DNA of 64,000 bases from Clostridia bacterium (GTDB taxonomy: Bacteria; Bacillota; Clostridia; TANB77; CAG-508). Both the position numbers and the translations under genes were made by a program. Numbering within the stretch: the stretch's first letter is position 1; each line of letters begins with the position of its first letter. Positions 9,194 through 18,262 of the stretch are shown here, piece after piece. Where the stretch lies: the NCBI GenBank assembly GCA_017613275.1, contig JAGAED010000017.1, forward strand, positions 69,300 through 133,299. Direction: 5' to 3'. The notes beneath the pieces were generated by a model. That model was not told the DNA's origin. It saw nothing but the letters and a program-made list of their open reading frames with translations, and did not search any database.

Positions 9194-10375
9194 ATGGAAA
9201 AGACAAAAAGCATAATAAAAGTTTCTATAAAAAATATTATAAGTAATAAATTAAGATCAAGTCTGACTATGCTAGGGTTAATTATAGGAATAATATCTGT
9301 TATATTACTTGTAGGGATAGGAAGCGGAGCAACAACCAATGTTACATCAGAAGTTAAATCACTAGGAACTGGAACTTTAACAGTTACAATAAATTCAAAT
9401 GCAGATGCTACTTTGGAATATAGTCAAATGGACGAAATACTAGAAATAAATAATGTTGAATCAGTTGCACCTTATAAAAATGTGAGTGGTACAGTAAGCA
9501 GAGGAACAACAACATCAAAAAGAGCAAGCATTCTAGCAACTACACCACAATATATGAGTATAATGAATTTGACAATAAGTGATGGAAGATTGCTTTCAAA
9601 TATTGACTTAAATAATTATAGCAAAATTTGCTTGATTGGTTCAGACCTTGCAGAAAGCCTATTTGAGGGAACAAAAACAAAAGACATTGTTGGTCAATCT
9701 TTAAAAATTGAAGGAGACAATTACACGATAGTAGGAATTTTAACATCTGCAGGAAGTTCAATGGGAAATAATATTGATACAACTTTAATTATTCCATTCA
9801 CAACTGCTAAATACCTAAAAGGAGACACAAGCATAAGCAACTTATATGTTAAAGTTGCGGATGAAAAATATATTGATAGAACAACTACTTTAATAGAAAA
9901 TTATATTTCAAGCACATTGTCAATTTCAACAGACTATTTCACAGTATCTTCACAAGATAGCATGTTAGATACAATGTCTAATATTTCTAATACCCTTTCA
10001 CTTTTATTAGGTGGAATTGCAGGAATTTCCTTAATAGTTGGTGGAATCGGAGTTATGAATGTTATGCTAGTTTCTGTAACAGAGAGAACTAAAGAAATAG
10101 GTATTAGAAAGGCTTTGGGTGCTAAAAGAATGGATATTTTAGTGCAATTCTTAGTTGAATCGTTAATGCTATGCGTTTTAGGTGGAACTATTGGTGTTGG
10201 TTTAGGCTTAGGAATAGGAAAGATTTTACAAACTTTCGGATTTAACTTTAGCGCAACATCTGGAATTGTTATTATATCTTTTGCATCTAGTGCTTTGATT
10301 GGAGTAGTTTTTGGGATTTTTCCAGCGTATAAGGCTTCTAAGCTTAATCCGATTGATGCACTAAGAACTGATTAG
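9194..10375 (+). CDS. ABC transporter permease (MacB/FtsX type)
   Basis: N-terminal TM segment, large extracytoplasmic domain and a C-terminal FtsX-like 3-TM bundle (ERTKEIGIRKALGA). Confidence 0.85.
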   Translation: MEKTKSIIKVSIKNIISNKLRSSLTMLGLIIGIISVILLVGIGSGATTNVTSEVKSLGTGTLTVTINSNADATLEYSQMDEILEINNVESVAPYKNVSGTVSRGTTTSKRASILATTPQYMSIMNLTISDGRLLSNIDLNNYSKICLIGSDLAESLFEGTKTKDIVGQSLKIEGDNYTIVGILTSAGSSMGNNIDTTLIIPFTTAKYLKGDTSISNLYVKVADEKYIDRTTTLIENYISSTLSISTDYFTVSSQDSMLDTMSNISNTLSLLLGGIAGISLIVGGIGVMNVMLVSVTERTKEIGIRKALGAKRMDILVQFLVESLMLCVLGGTIGVGLGLGIGKILQTFGFNFSATSGIVIISFASSALIGVVFGIFPAYKASKLNPIDALRTD

Positions 10376-10390
10376 TTTGGAAAGAAAGGA

Positions 10391-11425
10391 ATGAAAAAAA
10401 TGATTAAAAAAAGAGTAATTGTATTTATTCTATTATTTGCGTTGATAGGAATACAGGCATCAAACGTAATTGCAGCAACCGATACAAGCTTTTTTGACAC
10501 AAATAAACAAGAAATAAATCCAGGTGAAACATTGGAAATGACACTTGATATTTCAAAAGTTCAATATGATAAATTTGAGTTTAAGCTTTCTTCAAACCTA
10601 GATACAAATAATATCGTAATAAATGAAAACATTGAAACAGAAAAATACAATAATGATATTAGCATAAAGATAGATAAAGAAAAAATAAATCTAGAAAAAA
10701 TAACATTTCATTACCAGGTGCCAGAAAATGCGCAAGTTGGTACAACAATTGAATTGGTTGCACAAATAATTGTAGCTGAAAGTGAGCAGAACACAGATAC
10801 AGAAAATACAATCATAACAGAAGTTCAAAACAATATTGTAGATAGTAAAACAATAATTGTAAATATAGTTGAGACTAAACAAGCGGATAAACCAGAAAAT
10901 CCAAATGAACAAAACAACAACGAAAAGCCTAATATTAATATGCCAAATGAACAGGAAAATCCTGGTATGTCAGTAAATACTGAAAAGCAAGACTTTAATT
11001 TATCTAATAACGAATCTAAAAAAACATCAGGCAACGTGAGTATGAACTTGTCTACTAATCTTGTAATGTCAAGCATTAAAGCTCAAACAACAACAATTAC
11101 AACAAGTGCTATAAATTTCAGTGGTACTTCAGCAACACCGGCAGAAACAGCTGTATATAATGGTTCAAATAACAATTATCTTACAAATCTTGAAATTGAA
11201 GGAGAAACACTAAATACAACATTCAATAAAGAAAAAACAACATATTTTGTTGAAACTACTGGTAAAACTGAGCTAACCGTGAATTATGAAAAAGAAGATG
11301 ATGCTTCAAAAGTTTATATTACAGGAAATGAAAATTTAAAAACAGGAGATAACAAAATTTTAATTTCAGTTACAGCTGAAAATGGAAATGTGAGATTTTA
11401 CAGAATATTTGTAACAAATAAGTAG
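10391..11425 (+). CDS. Secreted protein with a C-terminal cadherin-like beta-sandwich domain
   Basis: Signal peptide ..ASNVIAA. The C-terminus YLTNLEIEGETLNTTFNKEKTTYFVET...VRFYRIFV is typical of the cadherin-like beta-sandwich domain. Confidence 0.6.
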   Translation: MKKMIKKRVIVFILLFALIGIQASNVIAATDTSFFDTNKQEINPGETLEMTLDISKVQYDKFEFKLSSNLDTNNIVINENIETEKYNNDISIKIDKEKINLEKITFHYQVPENAQVGTTIELVAQIIVAESEQNTDTENTIITEVQNNIVDSKTIIVNIVETKQADKPENPNEQNNNEKPNINMPNEQENPGMSVNTEKQDFNLSNNESKKTSGNVSMNLSTNLVMSSIKAQTTTITTSAINFSGTSATPAETAVYNGSNNNYLTNLEIEGETLNTTFNKEKTTYFVETTGKTELTVNYEKEDDASKVYITGNENLKTGDNKILISVTAENGNVRFYRIFVTNK

Positions 11426-11431
11426 GAGGAT

Positions 11432-12070
11432 ATGATGAAAAAAATAATTATAATACTTTTACTAGTTCTTATTTTAGCTGGACTTATAGTTGCATATGTG
11501 GCGAAAAATTCAGATTCTACAAGTTCAGAAAATATAGGAGGAAGTAAGTCAATAAGTACTTCAAATAATAATGACAAAAAAACTGAAAATAAAACTACTT
11601 TAAAATCAAATAGTGAAATAAAATCGGCTTTAACTGAACAAATAGAGCCACATGCGTCATATTATTTGGAAGAAATATGTGTAGAAACAAATCAATATGT
11701 AGAAAAGGGGGCGAATATTTTAAAATATACTAATGGAACATATTTAACAGCGCCTTACGATTGCGTGGTTACAGAACTAAATTTGCCAGACATTGAAGGA
11801 AAGCTTTTAAATAGCCATTATGTGGAAATATCAAGCAACAATGCTTTAGCTGTTACACTAAATGTTGATGAAGCAAAAATAAATCAAGTTAAAGTTGGCC
11901 AAGAGGCTACCATAAAAATAACAACATTGGAAAAAGAATATACTGGCTATGTTACTAAAGTGGCTAGTACAGCTAGCAATGGAAGATTTAAAGTTACAAT
12001 AGAGTTTGAAAATGATGGTAGTGTTAAGCTTGGTATGACAGCAAGTGTTGAGCTGGAAATTTTAAAATAA
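11432..12070 (+). CDS. Short HlyD-like adaptor paralog
   Basis: Shares [12 protein letters not shown] and (V/I)EFENDG(N/S)VKLGM blocks with ORF 7494-8498 but lacks its C-terminal half. Confidence 0.6.
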   Translation: MMKKIIIILLLVLILAGLIVAYVAKNSDSTSSENIGGSKSISTSNNNDKKTENKTTLKSNSEIKSALTEQIEPHASYYLEEICVETNQYVEKGANILKYTNGTYLTAPYDCVVTELNLPDIEGKLLNSHYVEISSNNALAVTLNVDEAKINQVKVGQEATIKITTLEKEYTGYVTKVASTASNGRFKVTIEFENDGSVKLGMTASVELEILK

Positions 12071-12096
12071 TATAATTATAGAAAGGAAGAAAAATT

Positions 12097-12360
12097 ATGA
12101 AAAATAAAGTATTTATATTTATAATAGGATTATTAGTAGGAGCTATAATAGCTTCAGCAGGATTTTTAATATTCGGAGGAAATAAAGGAAAAAGAGATGG
12201 TAAAGACTTTGACCCAAGCAAATTCCAAGATGGTAATTTTACACCACCTTCAGGATTCTCAAGAGATAAAAAAGACATAGACTTTAATAATATTGACCCT
12301 AATAATCTACCAGAAAGACCAACAAAAGAACAAACAGATAAAACAGAAAAAACAGAATAA
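12097..12360 (+). CDS. Small membrane-anchored protein (87 aa)
   Basis: Its N-terminal TM segment (GLLVGAIIASAGFLIF) is paralogous to the N-terminus of ORF 12476. Confidence 0.5.
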   Translation: MKNKVFIFIIGLLVGAIIASAGFLIFGGNKGKRDGKDFDPSKFQDGNFTPPSGFSRDKKDIDFNNIDPNNLPERPTKEQTDKTEKTE

Positions 12361-12375
12361 AAACTTTTGATTTTT

Positions 12376-12408
12376 CCATGTTTTTTGGGGTACCCCCAAA
12401 AAACATGG
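12376..12408 (+). terminator. Palindromic terminator, variant of the GGGACAC element
   Basis: ccatgtttttt-ggggtaccccc-aaaaaacatgg. Confidence 0.65.
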
Positions 12409-12475
12409 TTTTCAATTATTTTTCAATGTTAATGTTTTATAATTACCTTAACAAAACCAAAAGGAGGTAATTAAA

Positions 12476-13558
12476 ATGAAAAAGAAAGTATTAGTTTTTG
12501 TAGGAGGAGTATTAGCAGGAGCAATAATAGCTTCTTCAGGATTTTTAATTTATAGTAATTTAAATAATGACAAAATGCCAAATGGAGATAGACCACAATT
12601 TATGGAAAGACCAGATGGAGAGGAACCACCGGATGGAATGCCAGGTGGAGGACCAATGCAAGAAAATAAAGAAAAAGACACAAAGGCAGAAGATGTAGAT
12701 GCAGGTGAAACTGTCAATTCAAAACAAATAAATTTGAGTGAATATAATAGTAACTTAACAATAAGTGAGGCAGGAACATACACATTATCTGGAAGCTTTA
12801 AAAATTCAGTTGTAGTAAATGCTGATGGAGATGTAACATTAATTTTAAATGGAGTTAATATTGAAAGTACTGTAACAGCAGCAATAGCAAATGGTACAAC
12901 AAATGCATTAACAATAAAATTAGAAGATAACACAGAAAATAACCTATCAGACGGTGGGTCAAGTGAATATGATGGTTGTATATTCTCATATGGTAAATTA
13001 ACAATTGAAGGAAATGGAACTTTAAATGTAAATGGAAAGCAAGAAGATGGAGAAGGAATTGCAACAAAATCATGTGATATAGTAATAAACTCTGGAACTA
13101 TAAATATTGAATCACAAGATGATGGCCTAAATGCAGGTGGCTCAGGAGGGTCAATTACAATAAATGGTGGAGCAATTTATATTAAAGCAAATGGAGATGG
13201 AATTGACTCAAATGGAGCGCTAACAATAAATGGAGGAAATGTATACACAATAGGTTCAGCTCAAGGCGGAGACGCTGGAATAGACACAGATGAAGGATTT
13301 GTATTTAATGGTGGAGAAGTAATTGCAATAGGTTCTGACATGTTAGAAAAACCAGAAAATACATCAAAACAAAAATCAGTATGTTTCCAATTAACTACAA
13401 AAGTAAGTAGCGGAAGCAAGGTAGAAGTAAAAAATGCAAGTGGAGAAACAATTGCATCATTCGAAGCAAAAGAAGACTTCAAAACACTAATTGTAAGCAA
13501 TAGCAAAGTAACAGATGGCACACATTATATATATGTAAACGGCGAAAAAGTTCAATAA
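12476..13558 (+). CDS. Membrane-anchored protein with a carbohydrate-binding / beta-helix-like domain (DUF4353-like)
   Basis: TM anchor, Pro/Gly linker, then repeated G(D/N)G..I.S.G.L.ING turns. Confidence 0.55.
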   Translation: MKKKVLVFVGGVLAGAIIASSGFLIYSNLNNDKMPNGDRPQFMERPDGEEPPDGMPGGGPMQENKEKDTKAEDVDAGETVNSKQINLSEYNSNLTISEAGTYTLSGSFKNSVVVNADGDVTLILNGVNIESTVTAAIANGTTNALTIKLEDNTENNLSDGGSSEYDGCIFSYGKLTIEGNGTLNVNGKQEDGEGIATKSCDIVINSGTINIESQDDGLNAGGSGGSITINGGAIYIKANGDGIDSNGALTINGGNVYTIGSAQGGDAGIDTDEGFVFNGGEVIAIGSDMLEKPENTSKQKSVCFQLTTKVSSGSKVEVKNASGETIASFEAKEDFKTLIVSNSKVTDGTHYIYVNGEKVQ

Positions 13559-13566
13559 ATCATATT

Positions 13567-13604
13567 AAACCTGGTTTTCTGGGACACTCCAAAAAACCAG
13601 GTTT
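13567..13604 (+). terminator. GGGACAC-apex palindromic terminator
   Basis: aaacctggttttct-gggacactcc-aaaaaaccaggttt. An inverted copy of the core (ggagtgtcccc) lies at 13627-13637. Confidence 0.7.
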
Positions 13605-13727
13605 TTGTTTTGAAGCAAACTTTCTTGGAGTGTCCCCTAAAATCTCCTTATAGATGTAAAAAAGAACATAAATTTGTGAAAAATATTGAAATTATTATGC
13701 CAATATGATATAAATAAAAATAAATAG

Positions 13728-13862
13728 CAGGTTAAAAGAAATATTGAACACTATAATTTAGATATGATAATTGCATTAGGTTATAGAGTTCGATCACTAG
13801 TTGCAACAAGATTTAGAATATGGGCAACACAAAACTTCAATTTTAATGAATTTAATATATAA
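13728..13862 (+). pseudogene. RhuM-family protein remnant (~45 codons)
   Basis: The open frame reads QVKRNIEHYNLDMIIALGYRVRSLVATRFRIWATQNF.., the conserved RhuM core (YNLD.II.VGYRV.S..AT.FRIWAT). It has no start and no remainder. Confidence 0.65.
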
Positions 13863-13897
13863 ATTGCCTATTATTTTGTAAAGAGGAGATAGTAAAA

Positions 13898-14779
13898 ATG
13901 GTTGACTTGCATATACATTCAACGTATTCAGATGGTAGTAAAACAGTGAGAGAGATTTTAGTAGAAGCGCAAGATTTAGGATTGAATACTATTTCTTTTA
14001 CTGATCATGAAACATGTAATGCATATAATGAACTCGAAAAAATAAATATCAAAGATTATTATTCAGGGAATATAATAAATGGTATTGAATTAAAAAGTAA
14101 ATATAAAGAAATCGTTATGGATATTTTAGGATATGGAATAAATTATAAAAAGATTAAGAAATACTTAGAAGAATGTTATAAAAATATTACTAGAGAAAAA
14201 ATACAAGAATCACAATTATTAGAATTTTACGAACTAGGATTAAAGAATAAATTAACATTGAGACCAATTCATGAATTAAATTGGGACAGAACAAAAGATT
14301 GGGCTAGTATAGTCTTTTATAATGAGGTAAAATCACATTTAGAAAACAAATCAAAAGTACCACCAGATTTATGGGAAGATTTTAAAAATTTTAAAAATAA
14401 TCATTATCATATAAAAGGAGATCCTTTTTACATAAATATGACAAAAGATTATCCTAAAATTGAGAAAATAATTGATATTATACACAAATCAGGTGGAAAA
14501 GCATTTATAGCTCATATATATCAGTATAAAGAAATTGATGATAAAATTTTAGAACTAAAAGAAATTATAAGTAAATACAGCATAGATGGTATTGAATGTT
14601 ATCACTCTAGTTTTTCTAATACAGAAAGTGAAAAACTACTAAAATTTGCTAAATCACATAACTTATTGATAAGTGGAGGAAGCGACTATCACGGACTTAA
14701 TAAACCAGATATATCATTAGGGTGTGGTAAAGGAAATTTAGAAATTCCTGATGAAATTCTAATAGATTGGAATTTATAG
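13898..14779 (+). CDS. PHP-domain metal-dependent phosphoesterase
   Basis: MVDLHIHSTYSDG .. FTDHE .. IAHI .. GGSDYHG PHP motifs. Confidence 0.8.
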   Translation: MVDLHIHSTYSDGSKTVREILVEAQDLGLNTISFTDHETCNAYNELEKINIKDYYSGNIINGIELKSKYKEIVMDILGYGINYKKIKKYLEECYKNITREKIQESQLLEFYELGLKNKLTLRPIHELNWDRTKDWASIVFYNEVKSHLENKSKVPPDLWEDFKNFKNNHYHIKGDPFYINMTKDYPKIEKIIDIIHKSGGKAFIAHIYQYKEIDDKILELKEIISKYSIDGIECYHSSFSNTESEKLLKFAKSHNLLISGGSDYHGLNKPDISLGCGKGNLEIPDEILIDWNL

Positions 14780-14932
14780 AATGGTTTAAACTCTACATCA
14801 AATATGATATAAAAAAACAATAACAGATTACATCAACTAATCGTTGACACGAAAAAATACCCCACTCAACGATTAGTATGTAGACTTTTTTACAAAAAAT
14901 TCTTATACTGAAATTGAAGGAGGAAAAAAGAT

Positions 14933-15541
14933 ATGGATCAGATTAAAATTGGTAAGTTTATAGCCGAATGTAGAAAGAAAAATAATTTAACACAAATGCA
15001 ACTAGCGGAAAAATTAAACATTACAGATAGGGCTATATCAAAATGGGAAAACGGAAAAGGAATGCCTGATTCATCGATAATGCTAGATTTATGTGCAGAA
15101 TTAAAAATAAGTGTAAATGAATTATTAAGTGGGGAGATGATTGATATGAGAGAATATGATAAAAAAACAGAAGAATTATTAGTTGAATTAGCAAAACAAG
15201 ATGAGCTAAAAAACAAAAAATTAATGACATCAATGTGGACAATACTAATTACAAGTTTTATATTTTATATTGGAATTTTACTTTTAGCAGTAAATGTTCT
15301 AGAAGAAGGATTTTTACTTGGATCAATTATATGTGCTTCAACAGTGCTATTTGTAATATCTGGATTTATTGCTTTAAAATTTGAAGTAGATGCAGGATAT
15401 TATGAATGTAAAAACTGCCATCATAAATTTACTCCAACATATAAAGAAGCAGTGTTCTCAATGCATATGTCAACAACAAGATATCTAAAATGCCCAGAAT
15501 GCCATAAAAGAAGTTGGGCAAAAAAAGTTATGACTAAATAA
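14933..15541 (+). CDS. Membrane-tethered XRE-family transcriptional regulator with a C-terminal zinc ribbon
   Basis: HTH NLTQMQLAEKLNITDRAISKWENGK, two TM helices, and CKNC..(n)..CPEC. Confidence 0.8.
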   Translation: MDQIKIGKFIAECRKKNNLTQMQLAEKLNITDRAISKWENGKGMPDSSIMLDLCAELKISVNELLSGEMIDMREYDKKTEELLVELAKQDELKNKKLMTSMWTILITSFIFYIGILLLAVNVLEEGFLLGSIICASTVLFVISGFIALKFEVDAGYYECKNCHHKFTPTYKEAVFSMHMSTTRYLKCPECHKRSWAKKVMTK

Positions 15542-15546
15542 ATTTA

Positions 15547-15572
15547 GGACCAATATTTACAAATATTGGTCC
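15547..15572. terminator. Bidirectional hairpin terminator
   Basis: ggaccaatattt-ac-aaatattggtcc, a perfect 12-bp stem between convergent genes. Confidence 0.7.
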
Positions 15573-15588
15573 GTTGTTATATAATTCA

Positions 15589-15618
15589 AAAAAAGGTGGA
15601 GATAAAAAATGGAAGAAA
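15589..15618 (+). repeat. 30-bp direct repeat, left copy (bracket of the HD gene)
   Basis: aaaaaaggtggagataaaaaatggaagaaa matches 17070-17099 (aaaaaaggtggggataaaaaatggaacaaa) at 28/30 positions. Confidence 0.75.
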
Positions 15619-15647
15619 CAAAAGATGTAGTTGAAAAGCGCACTTTA

Positions 15648-16931
15648 TTATTTCAAAAACTCTTTAGGATTATTTTTTAGAAGATTTATTTCACTTCTAA
15701 ATTGCTTCAATTCTTCTTCAGTAAAGTATTTAAGAAAGTAAGTTAAGTCTTTTTCTATTAAATGCTCTTTTATATAAATATAGTATTCTCTTAGAAGTTC
15801 CAAGTAAAATTCTTTATTATGCACATTTTCCATTTCATTAATTCTTAAAAACCTTTTAAACCTATCCTGATATATTGAGTTTATTGATTTTATATATGTA
15901 TTATTGTTTAAATAACCCACTTCAACCCAGAGTTTCATAATACCTAACATTTTATCGATTAGCTCAGATAAATAACCTTCTATACCATTTTTATAATTTG
16001 AAATTATAAGATATAGATTGTTTCCAATTTGATTTTCCAAATCCTTTTGGTCATTTTCTTCAATTTCCTCAAACATTCTCTTAGATAGTTCATTATAATT
16101 CTTAAAATGAGTTATTATTTCAGTCCCCTTATATTCGCCAAAATCATGAAATAGTGATTTTACAATTATAGCATATAAATCAAAGTTATCATTCAAGTTT
16201 TTATTACAATACTCGGCCATCATGATACTTATAACTGTTAAAGTATATTGATGTAATAGTACATTTTCCGGTAATTGTGACGGCAAGTTGGAATATCTAT
16301 ATACATCTTTTAGATTTAATACCACTAAAGTAAGCTTTCCATACTGACTTTTATAAAACTGATTGTTTTCAATTAAGCTAATGATTTCCTTTTTTTCTTT
16401 ATAAAAATAATCATTAGTAGTCAAGATAGAAGATTGAATACTAATTTTGTTTTTAATTTTGCTTAATAGTTCTACAGCTTCTTGGTTTCCTCTTAAAACT
16501 AATTTCTGAAATATTGAAAACTCTGCAATATCTTCTAGAAAAGTTAGTAGATTACTATATTTATTAGGCATAATTTCTGTATAATTGTATTTAAGTTTTT
16601 TCATTATTCTATTTTTATATTCAAATTTTTCTAACACTAATTTATCTAAAATTTCATTATAAAGGGCAATTTTAGATTCATCAGTTATTTCCAATACTAT
16701 ATTTCCAGTTTCACTATAAATAACTTGTCTTAATATATAATTTTTCAAAACATCTATGGCTTCTTCATTTTTTTCATCTTTATCTTCTAATATTTTGATA
16801 TAAAGATAAATTGCAAGCATTGATTTATCTATTATTGTATATTTATCATTTATAGTTTGATGAATTTTTGAATTATAACTATCTGTACAAGATATGTATA
16901 TTTTAAATAAGTCTTCTATAATATCATTCAT
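15648..16931 (-). CDS. HD-domain phosphohydrolase (YfbR-like HD core) with an uncharacterised ~220-aa N-terminal region
   Basis: 427-aa ORF with H..(n)..LFHDFGEYKGTEI ..(n).. D motifs in the C-terminal half. It is one of the few minus-strand genes. Confidence 0.6.
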   Translation of the reverse strand: MNDIIEDLFKIYISCTDSYNSKIHQTINDKYTIIDKSMLAIYLYIKILEDKDEKNEEAIDVLKNYILRQVIYSETGNIVLEITDESKIALYNEILDKLVLEKFEYKNRIMKKLKYNYTEIMPNKYSNLLTFLEDIAEFSIFQKLVLRGNQEAVELLSKIKNKISIQSSILTTNDYFYKEKKEIISLIENNQFYKSQYGKLTLVVLNLKDVYRYSNLPSQLPENVLLHQYTLTVISIMMAEYCNKNLNDNFDLYAIIVKSLFHDFGEYKGTEIITHFKNYNELSKRMFEEIEENDQKDLENQIGNNLYLIISNYKNGIEGYLSELIDKMLGIMKLWVEVGYLNNNTYIKSINSIYQDRFKRFLRINEMENVHNKEFYLELLREYYIYIKEHLIEKDLTYFLKYFTEEELKQFRSEINLLKNNPKEFLK

Positions 16932-17069
16932 AAATTATTATCTCCTTTTTGGATACCATTGTTATAATATCACATTTTTTAGAAAATGAAAATATTTTTT
17001 ATTGATTTGCTTTTATTTTCAAAATATATAATGTATAATACAGCATAAGGAGAAAAGTAGATATTATAT

Positions 17070-17099
17070 AAAAAAGGTGGGGATAAAAAATGGAACAAA
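17070..17099 (+). repeat. 30-bp direct repeat, right copy (covers the RBS and start of the hydrolase gene)
   Basis: See 15589-15618. Confidence 0.75.
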
Positions 17100-17956
17100 T
17101 TAATTTTCAAGCTACAGATGGAGTATTATTAAATGGATTTTTACATAAATCTGACATTCAAACTAAAAAAGTTATTGTAGCTGTACATGGAATGGGAAGT
17201 AACTGCTTTAAAAACAGAGATTTAGCCATTGCTCAAAAGTCTATACAAAACGGAATAGATTATTTTGGCTTCAATAATAGAGGAAGCGAATTGGCAAGAT
17301 ATTTAAAGAAAACAATCAATGGTAAAACTGAAAAAATCCTTGCTGGTACAGGATACGAAGATGCCTTAGATGGATATTATGATGTATTAGGGGCAATTAA
17401 AAAAGTTAAAGAACTCGGATATACAGAAATTTATATACAAGGTCACAGTTTGGGTAGCACAAAAACTTTATATACTTACAAAAAACTAAAGGAAGAAAAT
17501 AATGAAATTCTAAAAGATATAAAAGGTTTAATATTATTATCATTAGTAGATATAAATACAGTTATGAAAGAATATTTAGGACCAAAGTTTCCACATTATT
17601 TAGAATTTGCAGAAAATAAAGAAAAAGAAGGACATTTAAAATATTTGATGCCTGCAGACAGCTTTATACACCCTATAAGTGTAAGAACATATTTAAGATA
17701 CTTAAGAGATTACAAGGAAATTGATATTGACGATTATAATGCCGTTTCAATAATTGATATACCAGTATTTATGAGATGGGGAACAGTTAAAGAAATGACA
17801 ATATACAAACCAGATGAGTTAGTTGATAAGGTTTCTAAAAAAATCGAACACAATAATAAAGATATCAATTGTATTTGGGGCGCTAATCATAGTTTTGATA
17901 ATTACGAAGAAAAACTAGCAGAAGAAATAGTTGATTTTGTTAATAAGCAAAAATAA
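17090..17956 (+). CDS. Alpha/beta-fold hydrolase
   Basis: HGMGSN oxyanion region and nucleophile elbow GHSLGS. Confidence 0.75.
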   Translation: MEQINFQATDGVLLNGFLHKSDIQTKKVIVAVHGMGSNCFKNRDLAIAQKSIQNGIDYFGFNNRGSELARYLKKTINGKTEKILAGTGYEDALDGYYDVLGAIKKVKELGYTEIYIQGHSLGSTKTLYTYKKLKEENNEILKDIKGLILLSLVDINTVMKEYLGPKFPHYLEFAENKEKEGHLKYLMPADSFIHPISVRTYLRYLRDYKEIDIDDYNAVSIIDIPVFMRWGTVKEMTIYKPDELVDKVSKKIEHNNKDINCIWGANHSFDNYEEKLAEEIVDFVNKQK

Positions 17957-18063
17957 CAATGATGAAAATGTAATAAATGTGTAAAGAAAAAATAATAAAA
18001 ATGTAATAAACCTAAAAAACCTTGAAATAGCAATATGTTGCATATATTACACGACACTATGCG

Positions 18064-18092
18064 TTGACAAAAAATAATAATATTTATAAAAT
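18064..18092 (+). promoter_or_regulatory. Promoter of pilin-like paralog a
   Basis: TTGACA (18064-18069), 17 nt, TAAAAT (18087-18092). An identical arrangement lies at 20267-20295. Confidence 0.55.
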
Positions 18093-18262
18093 ATAAATAG
18101 ATAAGAACATGTGAAAAATATAGAGCCAAGAAGAATTTGCGTGGTTAAATTTTTACGGTTAAATCTGATGAAAAAATAAAGAGGAGGAACAAAAGAAAAT
18201 GGAGAAAAACGAAACACAAAACAAGCGGAATAACGCTTATTGTTTTAGTAATCACAATTATA

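Noticed and set aside
18093-18198. c-di-GMP riboswitch in the leader of the pilin-like genes
   Set aside because: I could not find the conserved GEMM-type sequence blocks (for example ACGCAAAGC). Only weak short hairpins are present.
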